DNA of 64,000 nucleotides from Barthelona sp. PCE (Eukaryota): NCBI GenBank assembly GCA_040285745.1, contig JAUFOR010000004.1, positions 558,001 through 622,000 on the forward strand. Direction: 5' to 3'. How positions within the stretch are numbered: the stretch's first letter is position 1; every line of letters begins with the position of its first letter. The notes beneath the pieces were generated by a model, which worked only from the letters and a program-made list of their open reading frames with translations, was not told where the DNA came from and searched no databases. Position numbers and translations under genes: made by a program. Of this stretch, positions 8,085 to 18,758 are shown piece after piece.

Positions 8085-9944
8085 TCAATACAAAAGAAGT
8101 AATAAACAAAAAAACACAAATAACATAAGAAAAAAGTAAATTACCTTATTATGTTTCTCCATAGATCCACATCCACAGCATTCTATTTTCTTATATGTAT
8201 TTATAATGTGTTGCATATTACTTTCATCAAAATTAGGATCATAAACAGTTGTATAACCATGAATATTGATTATATTGGTTCTTCCCAATTCAATATGATA
8301 AACACCTGCACGTTGTGCAATCTGCTTAAAAACAATCCAACTGCGAAACGGACGTATCTCAATATAATCAATATTTACCTTGATTTGTTTTCTTTCTTTA
8401 AATCCACGATCAGTGATTATCGCATGAACAATGTCATCACTTTTTAAATCAACTCCAAGATATTCATTGTTCACGTACAAATTCTTAATTCGATGTCTTT
8501 CTCTTTCAGTATACAATTGAATACCACTTGTGTCATATACATAGATATACGACATACCTTCTAACGCCAGGCATAGCAGAAAATACTTCCCATGACCATC
8601 CATTATCAATTGGCGATCTTTATAACCAATAGAAGGTAAATCATTGGTAACATCAAACTTAAAACAATGTGTGTATGACAAAACTCTATTTTTGGTCTTA
8701 AATGAATAAAACATACCTGATGTGCCGCTATACTCGCATATAACGGCACCTTCACTATTTCCACTAATTATGTAATCAAAATCATCATTGAAACGCAATT
8801 CAGTACAAAATCTCTCTCTATCAAGTTCAATACACAACATTTCGGATTCAACGACCAACAGAGAAACGTGATAGTCGTTTTCACTGTCAAAACAAATGCG
8901 CTGCTTAACATCAATTTCGCTCATACTTACTTCCACTTCTTTTTTGGGTTGTTCTGGTATTTCTTCCTGTTTGAGAGTCTTATGCACTTCATTCTTGACA
9001 GCAACATTTTGTTTTGAAATTGTATGCGATTCATGTTCAAAATAAACAGGAATATTATCGACTGTATGGAATACAGGAGCAGATGGAGCAGATATATCAA
9101 TCACAGGAAGTATTTCACAATCTTCAGTATTCGCAGGAGCAGTTATACCACCAGGTTTGGCAGTCATATTCATGGATTTTTGAATTGTGTTGTCAATCTC
9201 AATATTCGAAGTACTCATTGTATATAGTTGAATACTTGGAAATGAAAGAGAAATAAACACATTTTCATTGCGATCAATGACATTACACGCGTCAAATGTG
9301 AAGCTGTTGTTAACAGTTATAGATACGTCAAGCGAAGCAACAATATAAGGCAGCAAAGCCTGCTCTTCCGATTCCAAGTTGAATAATCCCACAACGGAAT
9401 CGTTTAAATGCAACTGTTTGGTTGCGATCACCCAGTTCTGTGGACACATGATAAAACTTGTAATTGGAAAGGGGAGTTTGTGCTCGGTTTCGTCTACAAG
9501 TAAGCCATTTTTAAGGATCATGTACGTCATCAAAACGCTTTGATTGGTCGTAATGGCGCCCATAGCTCTGTCAAAAACACTGATATGAGTGTGCACCTCC
9601 GGAACAACGACTTGATTCAGTATCTGAATCCCATCATCATCGTGCTTGAATGTACGATAATGTGTCTCGCACACACCATCCCCGCTATTGCTGCTGACAA
9701 CTCCAAGCGCACCGTAAATGCTGCAGCACGCCATAAAGGCTTTCCCAAAAGGCAAAGCATCGCTGATCAAAGAAGAGATCTCAGGGTCGAGTTGGGCATG
9801 GGTAAATAGTCCGGTATTCTTCGAGAATGATGTTATTTTCCAAGTGCGATCGTCACATTGGGACAGCCAAAATTCACTGTCTACAAATGAACATTTTGGA
9901 ACGTTATTGTATGATTTTTGTGGGTTTATATGTGTTAAGAGCAT
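8085..9944 (-). CDS. Hypothetical protein with C-terminal hydrophobic tail anchor
   Basis: ~620-aa ORF ending VIYFFLMLFVFFCLLLLLY. Confidence 0.7.
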   Translation of the reverse strand: MLLTHINPQKSYNNVPKCSFVDSEFWLSQCDDRTWKITSFSKNTGLFTHAQLDPEISSLISDALPFGKAFMACCSIYGALGVVSSNSGDGVCETHYRTFKHDDDGIQILNQVVVPEVHTHISVFDRAMGAITTNQSVLMTYMILKNGLLVDETEHKLPFPITSFIMCPQNWVIATKQLHLNDSVVGLFNLESEEQALLPYIVASLDVSITVNNSFTFDACNVIDRNENVFISLSFPSIQLYTMSTSNIEIDNTIQKSMNMTAKPGGITAPANTEDCEILPVIDISAPSAPVFHTVDNIPVYFEHESHTISKQNVAVKNEVHKTLKQEEIPEQPKKEVEVSMSEIDVKQRICFDSENDYHVSLLVVESEMLCIELDRERFCTELRFNDDFDYIISGNSEGAVICEYSGTSGMFYSFKTKNRVLSYTHCFKFDVTNDLPSIGYKDRQLIMDGHGKYFLLCLALEGMSYIYVYDTSGIQLYTERERHRIKNLYVNNEYLGVDLKSDDIVHAIITDRGFKERKQIKVNIDYIEIRPFRSWIVFKQIAQRAGVYHIELGRTNIINIHGYTTVYDPNFDESNMQHIINTYKKIECCGCGSMEKHNKVIYFFLMLFVFFCLLLLLY

Positions 9945-10058
9945 TTTCACTCATATAACAGAAGAATGAAAAAAAGGAGAATATTGAACGAATTTAAATT
10001 GTCAATCAAAACTTTATTTATTCATTGCAAGACACAGAACGGTTATAACAATATCAAC

Positions 10059-11783
10059 TTAGGATATCCTCGAAATAGTAAGATGTCCAGAGATATCAGT
10101 AGCATGGTAATGAAATGTTTGCATATTAGGTATGTATTGAGGCAAAAACAGTTTTTTTTCATTCAAGTTCAGACCGTTATAGCCATCCATTGATTTAATT
10201 ACTAAAGTTTTGCTTTGAGCATCAAAGGTAACAGTTTGTGTTTCTTCATCTTCAAAATCTACACCAACAATGCATGTGGACAAACAGGATCCATCGTGTG
10301 AGAGTTCAATAAATGGGTGTGGGCCTGAACATTGTGCGTTATTTGTTCCAAAGAGGCGAGAAATAGTTGTACTCATCTCATACCTATGTAATTGTTCATT
10401 TTTAGTGAAAAAAACATTACTAACGGTATCAACAAGCGCAAATAAAACCTCTTCTTCATAATATGGTGCAACAAAAGATCTTTTAAATTGGGAATTATTT
10501 TCAAGCTCAAAGATTTCTTTGTTAATAATTTGGAAATAATTTTCACTTTTTTCATTTATCTTCACTTTGACAATATCAACAAAGTGGTAATTATCTGAGA
10601 AGCAAACAATTGTGTATTCGTCATTGTTCCTTGTGCATTTTGTTGCAAATATATTATCAACCATCAAAAAATGGTTTTTAACCAGTAATTCACATCCAAA
10701 CAAATATACATGCCAGTTCCCTTGGTGCCCATTCCTTACAAACATTGGTAGTAAATCATTTTCATCATGCAAATAGTTCCATATATTATTTAAATCGGTT
10801 AAGGTGTTGTTGAACCACATAAAAACATTGGAATAATATCTTAGAAAAAACACAGGCTCACCCGAAGGAAGGATTACGAAATTTGAGACAGATAATCTAC
10901 CAATTGAGTAAAATGAAAAAAACCATATTTTTTCATGCTTTATGCTCCAAAAAGCATCATTGTCTGATTGATGAGACGGTTTAAATCGCAACAATCCATT
11001 TTGATAGACCATAATATTATCCATTTGATGTCTGTACAATAGCATTTCTCCTATAAATCTGAAACTCAACAAAAAGCAAATTGTATTCTTGAATCCATAA
11101 AATTCATGGTCAACACAGCTGAACACGCTTTGAAGGCCAACTTTTACCATTTCAAACGGGAGAATTGTTGAGATGTGGTCTACATAGTACATTTGTCTTA
11201 ATCCATCTTTGCTGATAACCATATGGTGTTCAGTAAGCCATGCAACGGTGTATGAATCCATGGACCACTCCAAAACAATGATGCCCTTGCTATCTATATA
11301 CATCTCCTCCTTGAGATGAACATAATCAACTCCATCAAAAAAAATGCATGTATCGCTTGAAGTGAACATCACCCAGTTGGTGTTGAAGCATGGAATTACT
11401 AATACGGGGAAGCTGACGAACATAATAGGTTCTAGTCCTTGTTGATGAGAATACTGATGTATGGTTGAATCTTTTTTAGATTGCATAATAATTGGGCAAG
11501 TACCACCAGTAAATATTTTGTTCATGATCGTATATCCTTCCAATTCGCACATTTCGCCTGTAGTGGTGTTCATAACCGTTGCATATCCTGCAGTACGATT
11601 GAAAATTACACTATGGTCATTGTTTAGGGTGAAAACAGTGTCTGCATCATCAGGAAACTCATGGGGATCCTCAGGTTCGCGATAAAAACCGTATTTCTCC
11701 AGCAATTCTTCCACAAAATCAAAGCGTTCGTTTGGCTCAAAAAAGGAATCATTTTCACTTTGTAATTTGCGATAAATAGGCAT
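10059..11783 (-). CDS. Hypothetical lineage-specific protein, paralog of 5342-7474
   Basis: 574-aa ORF; C-terminal QTVTFDAQSKTLVIK...LFLPQYI..FHYH resembles QDMSYEEETKTMVLK...FHLPSFL..FEYH. Confidence 0.75.
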   Translation of the reverse strand: MPIYRKLQSENDSFFEPNERFDFVEELLEKYGFYREPEDPHEFPDDADTVFTLNNDHSVIFNRTAGYATVMNTTTGEMCELEGYTIMNKIFTGGTCPIIMQSKKDSTIHQYSHQQGLEPIMFVSFPVLVIPCFNTNWVMFTSSDTCIFFDGVDYVHLKEEMYIDSKGIIVLEWSMDSYTVAWLTEHHMVISKDGLRQMYYVDHISTILPFEMVKVGLQSVFSCVDHEFYGFKNTICFLLSFRFIGEMLLYRHQMDNIMVYQNGLLRFKPSHQSDNDAFWSIKHEKIWFFSFYSIGRLSVSNFVILPSGEPVFFLRYYSNVFMWFNNTLTDLNNIWNYLHDENDLLPMFVRNGHQGNWHVYLFGCELLVKNHFLMVDNIFATKCTRNNDEYTIVCFSDNYHFVDIVKVKINEKSENYFQIINKEIFELENNSQFKRSFVAPYYEEEVLFALVDTVSNVFFTKNEQLHRYEMSTTISRLFGTNNAQCSGPHPFIELSHDGSCLSTCIVGVDFEDEETQTVTFDAQSKTLVIKSMDGYNGLNLNEKKLFLPQYIPNMQTFHYHATDISGHLTISRIS

Positions 11784-12124
11784 AATTTTGCTGGACAGTG
11801 TGCAAGTATCTGTAGTGTGTGCTTGAGATCTTTAAAAATGGTCATCTGGTTGCAATCTGTATCAATGATGGTGATAATATTGTTTAAACACAGCCTTGAT
11901 TCAAAATTACACTTTCTTGGCATGGAAGTTATAAAACTCGAATGTTTTCATAAATAAGAAGCCCCGAAATGATGAGAAATTGAAATGCACCTGCATGTTT
12001 CCTATTCTTTTGCTCTTTTGCAATCATTACTTATTACCCTTACCATACACATCTGAACACTGCTGTGGACCGATTAATCATGCTCCAAAGCTTCCCTATC
12101 ATCTCTTTTGAAGTCAAATATTTC

Positions 12125-15100
12125 CTATTTACTAGTTTTTTTTTTCAATCGACTTAACTTACTGCTTTTTGCCTTTTTCTCACCATATCCGAGCGCCTTA
12201 AACTCCTTTAAAGCAGTGAGAATTACCAAACTATTAAGACTGATGTCAAAATGTTCATACGGGTCGAGTGTATCATCCTCATCAAATTCCATTGATTCAA
12301 TACAACCACGCTGTTCCGCATCATCCAGCAGTGCCTTAAAAATTTTTGTGCTCACCAGGGCAGGACCGTTGCATACGACGAAAAGAGCATGACGTGCTCT
12401 GGTGAGAGCGACACAGACGCGTTGAGGGTCATCGATGAAACGTGCGTTAGGGTTGCTCTTCACAACCGAATACAGCACTATATCGAACTCACCACCCTGC
12501 ACCGAATCAATGCTCTGAATAAAAGTGTTTCGAAGCAATTCCTTGAGGACAGGGAGCAATTTCATGAAAATCACATCATTACCGCACATTGGCAGCATTT
12601 GCTTTAGTTTTTGCCTACATTTAGTCGGATTAGAGCTTACTAAATTGCGAAAGACATCTCTAAAGTCATTTTGCTGTTTTTTGTACGGTGTTATGATTGC
12701 CATCTTTGGAATAATGACATCAATATCGAGTGCACGCACTGTGACGATATTCTTAACAATTTTTGCAATAATTCGCATAACAGCACAAACCTCAGCAGGA
12801 TTGCCACGAGAAAAACCACCATGCTCTCCATGCTCTCTCCCTTCGACGTTCAGGACTGTGTAGACTGGTGTTGTCGCCAGATATGCTGGGCGTTCTCTCT
12901 GCACTATTGCATCTGAGCTCCGAAGATCTCCTGCATAGAACATATTAGCAGGGAAGTGCACGATATCTTCATGCATACGGTACTGCTCGTCGAATTGTAT
13001 ATGAGGCACTCCAGCCTGGATAAAGCGCTCAAAGAGAGATCGTTTGTATGTGCTTATTTGCTTTGTTAATATGGTTGCTGGTAGCTGATTATGGTCTCCA
13101 ACGAGCACCACTGTGGTGGGGGTGCGCCCAGTTACGTACTGCATGGGAATATGAAGCCCAAGCTCAGTAGATTGGGCGGCTTCATCTATGAGGATCATCG
13201 AAAAACGCTTTAGCGGGTTATGAGAGCGAGTGGAGCGGATCTCTTCCGAGGTATGGCAGGTCTCAAATTCATCGTACATAAACGGTATTCCGCTTGAGCT
13301 CAATGTCGTAAATACAATGTCAGCGCTCTGCAGCACATGTTTCCGTGCCTCAGCATTACTCACCTTGGCTGTGCGACGCATAGACTTAACCAAACTTTTC
13401 TTCTTTTCAATGTTGACCTTCAGAGCTGTGTTTAGCTTCGAAACCTGAATATCCAAGTTGTGAATCTTGTTCCGCTGTTGTGGCAGGCTGCTTTGCTGGA
13501 ATGTACTGTTCTTCATCGAACGGAAGACTTCTCTTTCCTTCTTAAGCGAATTTGTTAGGATATCCCTTTTCTCTTGTTCTTTTTCAATCATTTCTTGCAA
13601 CTCTTCCACCTTTTTCCGCACATTCTCCATGTCTTGATGGTTGAATGGATCAGTGAATCCCTGCTGGGCGAGATTAACAAGCGTGTTGAATTCATGTTGC
13701 ATCACCAGTGGACTGACGCTGTTTGCCACGCCCACTCTCAACATTTTGGGTCTCATTGTAGACTTGATGTTCATCTCCTTGACTAGGGTGCTCAGCTTAC
13801 GAAGCAACTCATCAGTAGCAGCATTGGAAGGAGCACACACAAGGATGGCTTGCTTTGCAGTCCGACGGGCACCCATGTTATTCTGTGCGTTACTGAAGTG
13901 CTTTAGAAGTAGACAGTGCGCTGAGAACATTGTTTTTCCTGTTCCTGGAGGTCCAATGATCAATTTAACCATTTCAGGAAGAGTGGCTCCACTTGAAAAG
14001 ATGTGCTTCATTGCCCGCTTCTGTGTATCGTTCAAGCTGTTGAGGAGGCGAGATACAATCTCAAAATTACTCTTTTCGGACGGAATTCGCAGAGCCCTGA
14101 AAAAGAATGAATCATCAAGTGTGCGATTGATGTCTCCGAACTGAAATTGCGTGGGTTTGACGAACGCGTCAGTGAGCGCATCGTTTCTTCGACCAAAGAT
14201 TGAGAGCGCCAAAACCTCACGGATGTTGGTTGACAACGAGCACACTTTCGTACAGAACACCTCTGTTGATGGAGAGGGTTGTATCATAGGTGTAGAATTG
14301 ACGGTTATGTACCTGTCAAAGCTGTACTGCATTGCTTTGCTCTTAAAAAGAACAAAGACATTGACGGAGCATATCCACTGCTCAAGTTCGCGTTCAAACT
14401 TATTACAGATCTCCGTAACAATACCAATCGAGTACGGTTGCGGTCTTTCCATGTTAAAAACAGAAGAAACAGGATCTAACGAGAGTATTATGGCATCGTT
14501 GATCTGTGGCAAAACAACATCGTCTGTCGGTCGCTTCTTCAGGCGGTAGACAATCTTTATGTCGTGGAGCTTGACGTTGGCACTGTCTAACGAGCTGAAG
14601 TATTCGAAATTGACGGATTGCAGAATACCAGGTTTCGAAAACAAGTTTCGGTTGAGATCCATCGTTCTTCTAGCATGTCCATCCTTAATCTTCTTAGACT
14701 GCGTTGTCCAGTAACGTTTGAGATCGTTGAACGACCTTAACAAGTTCTGCTGGGTCTCAAAGTAATGATACAGCATAAACTGGCGCACATACTGCTCAGT
14801 GCTCTCAAAATCAATACATTTAGAATCCATAATCATTCGGAACTCGTCAAGCTCTGCGTGTTGGCTGACCTCAATCTCACTAAATTCGTGGAAGGAGAAA
14901 AGAGATATATAGCACAAAAAACGGCCATAATACGCCTTATGGTAGTTATACCCGTGCGCAGGCGCAGTGTGCATGTCCCCCTTGAGCTCAGGATTGTTTA
15001 TCATTTCTGACTTATGTTTGACCTCCTTCGTTTGCGGAAGAACAGGCGTTGCTCTCTTAATGCGCTCATAATCTTCCCTTTCCTTCTTGATTAGCTCGTT

Positions 15101-17020
15101 TTTGAGTTCGTCATCCTTCTTCTTGGTCATAAATTGGTCGAATTCCATGCCAGCTTGAGAAAAATTCTCAGAAAAAGAATCTTCCATAACAGAGTCATCC
15201 TCACTATCGCTCTCATTTGCCTTCCGCATTGCAACGATTCTCTGTTTCTCCAGTCGCTGTTTCAGTATTAAGTTGCTGATTCGATCAGTATCCATGGTGT
15301 GAGAAGGCTGAATGTGTTGTGTCCTACCCAATTTAGTGACCGGGCCTTTGGCCTCGGCTGGGATCCTAGTGTTGATTGCCTTCCTCTTCACATGCGTTTC
15401 ACTGTGAATGATAGCGGCACCATCTATGGTGGAATTTCCAACAACTAATTTTCTTTGCTTCATAGCAGTTTTGCTATCATGGCCGGGATCATTCCTGCGT
15501 ATAGTGCCTGAATCAAATAGAGTAGTTTGCTTCTTTTGCTTAAGTACCCTTTTTGGTAACGAAACTGTCACAGTTTGATGGCCTGCAGTAGCAGCTGTTG
15601 TAGCAGCATAACTGTACGGAAAAGGAGTAACCTTTGCACACTTGATGTGAATTAGCCTGTGTAATTTCTTGATAGATATGCCAAATGTGTTTTGATATGA
15701 TAATTGCGCTAATATGTCGCTTAATAAGCTGATACTGTTATTACAAATGCTTTTAGAGATGGAAAATGTACCCTCACAAGCTTCGAACCGGTTTGATAGT
15801 TTTTGGAGGAGTGCCGTCATACAGCTTTGATCTTGTGCGGATGTCTTTATATTCCTGATTGCATTCAAAAAACTCTCTTTTGATGTAAACTTGACTTCGT
15901 TAATGGGCGAAATGAAGAGTTTATGACAGTCAAATATTTCAGAAAGACCAAAAAAAAGAGAGAGAATAAAAAGAACTGATAATTGATACTTTTCAATTCG
16001 TAAAAAGAGTAGTTTGTTGAAGAAATTGTTAAAAGTGGCAGCCACTACACTTTCATCAATAGGGAAATTAATTATATTTTGATTAAAAAAGATTGTAATG
16101 AACAAGTCAAGCAGGCAATTGAAAAAAGATTGTATTACGTTATTTAACGAATCAGCATGCATCATTGTGTCACTTTTAAAGAACATCTTTGAGAAGTCAT
16201 GATCAGCGCAGGTTAGTTCAAAAAGCTGATTAAAGTTGCGTTTTTCGACTATGTTTTGATTGACCAGCTTGAAACTCTTCATCATTAGCACTATCCGCAC
16301 TTTTAAATCTTGATGTATGTGCGCTAAATCCAGCAACATCAGATAGTCAAACCAAAATGGAATGTATTCGATGATTTTGACACTCCTTGACAGCTCAGGC
16401 TTTAACACTTTGGAAAGTTCAGTGAATAAAGGCAATAGAGGATGATATGCATTATATGAACTTTTCTCCCTTGACTCTTGTAGCATATCCACAATAAACC
16501 TATACAGCTTCAGGTATGGCTTACGCACCTCTTTCTTGAGTGCATCTTTGGAGTTAGTCAGTAGTAAAGGCACTCTTAGAAATACAGGAGAAGAAAGAAT
16601 TCGTTCAACAAGCGTTAGTGGCAATAGATTCCTGATATATGTACAGCGGCGAACTAATTCGGTTACAGAATCAATGAAATACGGAAACAAGTCATTGTAC
16701 TTTGTGAAATGAGAAAGTTCATAAATACCCGTTGGATCGATGCCAAGTGATCCACACAGAAGTAGTGGTACAACCGAAAGGCTTTCAATGTCCAATTCTG
16801 AAAATGTGGGTTGCTTCAATGTGTAAGTATTCACATCATCAATTCCCACACCCTCCTGGACTTTGAAGCGCATAGAAAGATCATTCCAGTCCATGTCCTT
16901 GAAAAACACCACCATAGTATAGAAAGAATCGTGAGTTCTTAAATTGTGCAGATAAGCCCCATCGATTTGGGGTAAATGTGTTCCCGTCAGAACGCGACGA
17001 ATGATGTTGTCAACGTTCAT
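12125..17020 (-). CDS. SEN1: Upf1-like SF1B helicase, senataxin/Sen1-like
   Basis: GPPGTGKT, ILVCAPSNAATD, TTLSSSG, IDEAAQ, VGDHNQLPAT, QYRMH, ITPYKKQ, VALTRAR. Long N-terminal region lacks the UPF1 zinc domain; probable start MNVDN. Confidence 0.8.
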   Translation of the reverse strand: MNVDNIIRRVLTGTHLPQIDGAYLHNLRTHDSFYTMVVFFKDMDWNDLSMRFKVQEGVGIDDVNTYTLKQPTFSELDIESLSVVPLLLCGSLGIDPTGIYELSHFTKYNDLFPYFIDSVTELVRRCTYIRNLLPLTLVERILSSPVFLRVPLLLTNSKDALKKEVRKPYLKLYRFIVDMLQESREKSSYNAYHPLLPLFTELSKVLKPELSRSVKIIEYIPFWFDYLMLLDLAHIHQDLKVRIVLMMKSFKLVNQNIVEKRNFNQLFELTCADHDFSKMFFKSDTMMHADSLNNVIQSFFNCLLDLFITIFFNQNIINFPIDESVVAATFNNFFNKLLFLRIEKYQLSVLFILSLFFGLSEIFDCHKLFISPINEVKFTSKESFLNAIRNIKTSAQDQSCMTALLQKLSNRFEACEGTFSISKSICNNSISLLSDILAQLSYQNTFGISIKKLHRLIHIKCAKVTPFPYSYAATTAATAGHQTVTVSLPKRVLKQKKQTTLFDSGTIRRNDPGHDSKTAMKQRKLVVGNSTIDGAAIIHSETHVKRKAINTRIPAEAKGPVTKLGRTQHIQPSHTMDTDRISNLILKQRLEKQRIVAMRKANESDSEDDSVMEDSFSENFSQAGMEFDQFMTKKKDDELKNELIKKEREDYERIKRATPVLPQTKEVKHKSEMINNPELKGDMHTAPAHGYNYHKAYYGRFLCYISLFSFHEFSEIEVSQHAELDEFRMIMDSKCIDFESTEQYVRQFMLYHYFETQQNLLRSFNDLKRYWTTQSKKIKDGHARRTMDLNRNLFSKPGILQSVNFEYFSSLDSANVKLHDIKIVYRLKKRPTDDVVLPQINDAIILSLDPVSSVFNMERPQPYSIGIVTEICNKFERELEQWICSVNVFVLFKSKAMQYSFDRYITVNSTPMIQPSPSTEVFCTKVCSLSTNIREVLALSIFGRRNDALTDAFVKPTQFQFGDINRTLDDSFFFRALRIPSEKSNFEIVSRLLNSLNDTQKRAMKHIFSSGATLPEMVKLIIGPPGTGKTMFSAHCLLLKHFSNAQNNMGARRTAKQAILVCAPSNAATDELLRKLSTLVKEMNIKSTMRPKMLRVGVANSVSPLVMQHEFNTLVNLAQQGFTDPFNHQDMENVRKKVEELQEMIEKEQEKRDILTNSLKKEREVFRSMKNSTFQQSSLPQQRNKIHNLDIQVSKLNTALKVNIEKKKSLVKSMRRTAKVSNAEARKHVLQSADIVFTTLSSSGIPFMYDEFETCHTSEEIRSTRSHNPLKRFSMILIDEAAQSTELGLHIPMQYVTGRTPTTVVLVGDHNQLPATILTKQISTYKRSLFERFIQAGVPHIQFDEQYRMHEDIVHFPANMFYAGDLRSSDAIVQRERPAYLATTPVYTVLNVEGREHGEHGGFSRGNPAEVCAVMRIIAKIVKNIVTVRALDIDVIIPKMAIITPYKKQQNDFRDVFRNLVSSNPTKCRQKLKQMLPMCGNDVIFMKLLPVLKELLRNTFIQSIDSVQGGEFDIVLYSVVKSNPNARFIDDPQRVCVALTRARHALFVVCNGPALVSTKIFKALLDDAEQRGCIESMEFDEDDTLDPYEHFDISLNSLVILTALKEFKALGYGEKKAKSSKLSRLKKKTSK

Positions 17021-17118
17021 CCGACCAACTGAATGTGAAAAGGGAGATGATACGATTAACGAGGTAATTGTTTTATCACCTTCTATTTCACCACTGAATT
17101 TGTGTAACACCATTACAC

Positions 17119-18447
17119 ATGTCAAACAGTAACATTTTGGATATAACTTCAGATACAGACGTTGAACCACAGAGTTTACCTCAAGTTGAGGTGGATTCTG
17201 CAGCACAGTTAGATCATTTAGAACACATTGATTCGGGCTTTGAGGCTGAGGAAGACGTAGAGTCACTGGATCCCACGCAATTGCCAGAATACGTACTTTA
17301 TCATAAGTCGCCTGTTTATTCCCTTGATTTTTATCACAAGGAGGGCACTCCCTTCTATTTGCTGGTGGGTGATGGGGACGATACACTCACTGTTTATGAT
17401 TTTGCAACGAAATCAATTATTAAAGCGTTTTCATTTGAAGAAAGCGTTGTTTTTGCAAAGTTTTCACCTGATTACACCTCATTTTGTGCAGTAGGCATGT
17501 CTGGCGAGGTTAAAATCGTTTCAGTCGAGACAATGGAGGTCAATGCAGAGTTTAACTTGTATTCTGACGTTACAGCACTGGAATGGCACCCTTCATCAAA
17601 ATGTGTTGTTCTCGGTGACGCTTCAGGCAACTGCTGGGTATACACAGCACCAAAATGGCAAGTGTTCACCATAGTCCCAGGTTCAGCGCCAGTCACCTCT
17701 CTTTTAGTTGTCGATAACAAGAGAATTTGTACAGGATACGAAGACGGTTCTGTGAAGGTATGGTCTCCTTCCCCCAACGGACCAACGATTATAGGCGAAG
17801 TAGAAGACACCAATGATCAGTGGGGTCCTATTTTGTCCTTTGCGTTGGCAGGAGAAATGGTTTTCATTGGAACACTGAGTGGTATCCTTCTGAACTTACC
17901 TATAAGTGCGCGGAAGTTCAGGGAACAGAGGCAGTTAAACCCCCACATGGATTCTATCGAGTCTCTCATATTTAAGGACGGACTTTTGTTCTCCTGCAGC
18001 GTTGATGGGGAGATCAGGTCTTATGACATCAACACAATGTCTCTGCGAGCATCTATCAAGGAGTTCGGTTTCACAAGTCTTGTTGACGCTGGTAACAAGC
18101 TCATTGCCGCAGGAACAGTTGAGGGATCAGTTCACATCCGTGATTCAAGGAGTTTGGAGTTGTTATTTGAGATCCACGATCATGTCGACACAATTTTCGC
18201 AATGAGCAGTTTTGTTACTGGAAATGAACGTTTTGTTGTTTCTGGTTGTGCCAGCATGGTCTGCACACTTAACCTGTCGACAATAGACCCCGACGTTGAG
18301 GAATCTACAGCTGTATTCAGGGAATTGCAACGCGCTTATGAAGATGCAATGAATATGGCCAATACAGAAGAAGTTGAGCTCCCAATTGAACTTGCAAAGG
18401 ATGAGGATGAGTTCAGTGAATGTAGTGAACCTGCTATTGAAGAATAA
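17119..18447 (+). CDS. WD40 protein, AAMP/Sqt1-like ribosome assembly chaperone
   Basis: Acidic N-terminus, then WD repeats (HKSPVYSL, GDGDD, ESVVFAKFSPD, LEWHP, TGYEDGSVKVW). Confidence 0.75.
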   Translation: MSNSNILDITSDTDVEPQSLPQVEVDSAAQLDHLEHIDSGFEAEEDVESLDPTQLPEYVLYHKSPVYSLDFYHKEGTPFYLLVGDGDDTLTVYDFATKSIIKAFSFEESVVFAKFSPDYTSFCAVGMSGEVKIVSVETMEVNAEFNLYSDVTALEWHPSSKCVVLGDASGNCWVYTAPKWQVFTIVPGSAPVTSLLVVDNKRICTGYEDGSVKVWSPSPNGPTIIGEVEDTNDQWGPILSFALAGEMVFIGTLSGILLNLPISARKFREQRQLNPHMDSIESLIFKDGLLFSCSVDGEIRSYDINTMSLRASIKEFGFTSLVDAGNKLIAAGTVEGSVHIRDSRSLELLFEIHDHVDTIFAMSSFVTGNERFVVSGCASMVCTLNLSTIDPDVEESTAVFRELQRAYEDAMNMANTEEVELPIELAKDEDEFSECSEPAIEE

Positions 18448-18758
18448 AGCATCATTTGAGTTTTCCTGTTTACTTTTTTCTCCAATCTGTTTCGCTTTTT
18501 CTCTACCTGAAACACCATATTGAAATCTGCTACTGAGTTTAGACAGTTTACTCCAGGAAATAAAGCGATTTAATGTTGTTTGATAGTAAAAATGGAATAT
18601 CGTCGTCGTCACATATTCGTGAGAAAACACGTATTGTGCGTACACATTACATAATATGATATCGAAACAATGCACTTACTTTGTTACATGTAAACGGAAA
18701 CAAAAGTTTATCCTTTTTCACAGCTACTTTTTTTGTTTTTTCACTGTTTATCAGCTCA

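Noticed and set aside
8085-8144. Intron starting AAG|GTAATT in the T-rich gene end
   Set aside because: No acceptor or downstream exon is evident; it reads equally well as a TM tail.
17021-17386. N-terminal extension of the SEN1 ORF overlapping the WD40 gene
   Set aside because: It begins at a non-ATG codon and is antisense shadow; ATG at 17020 is more plausible.
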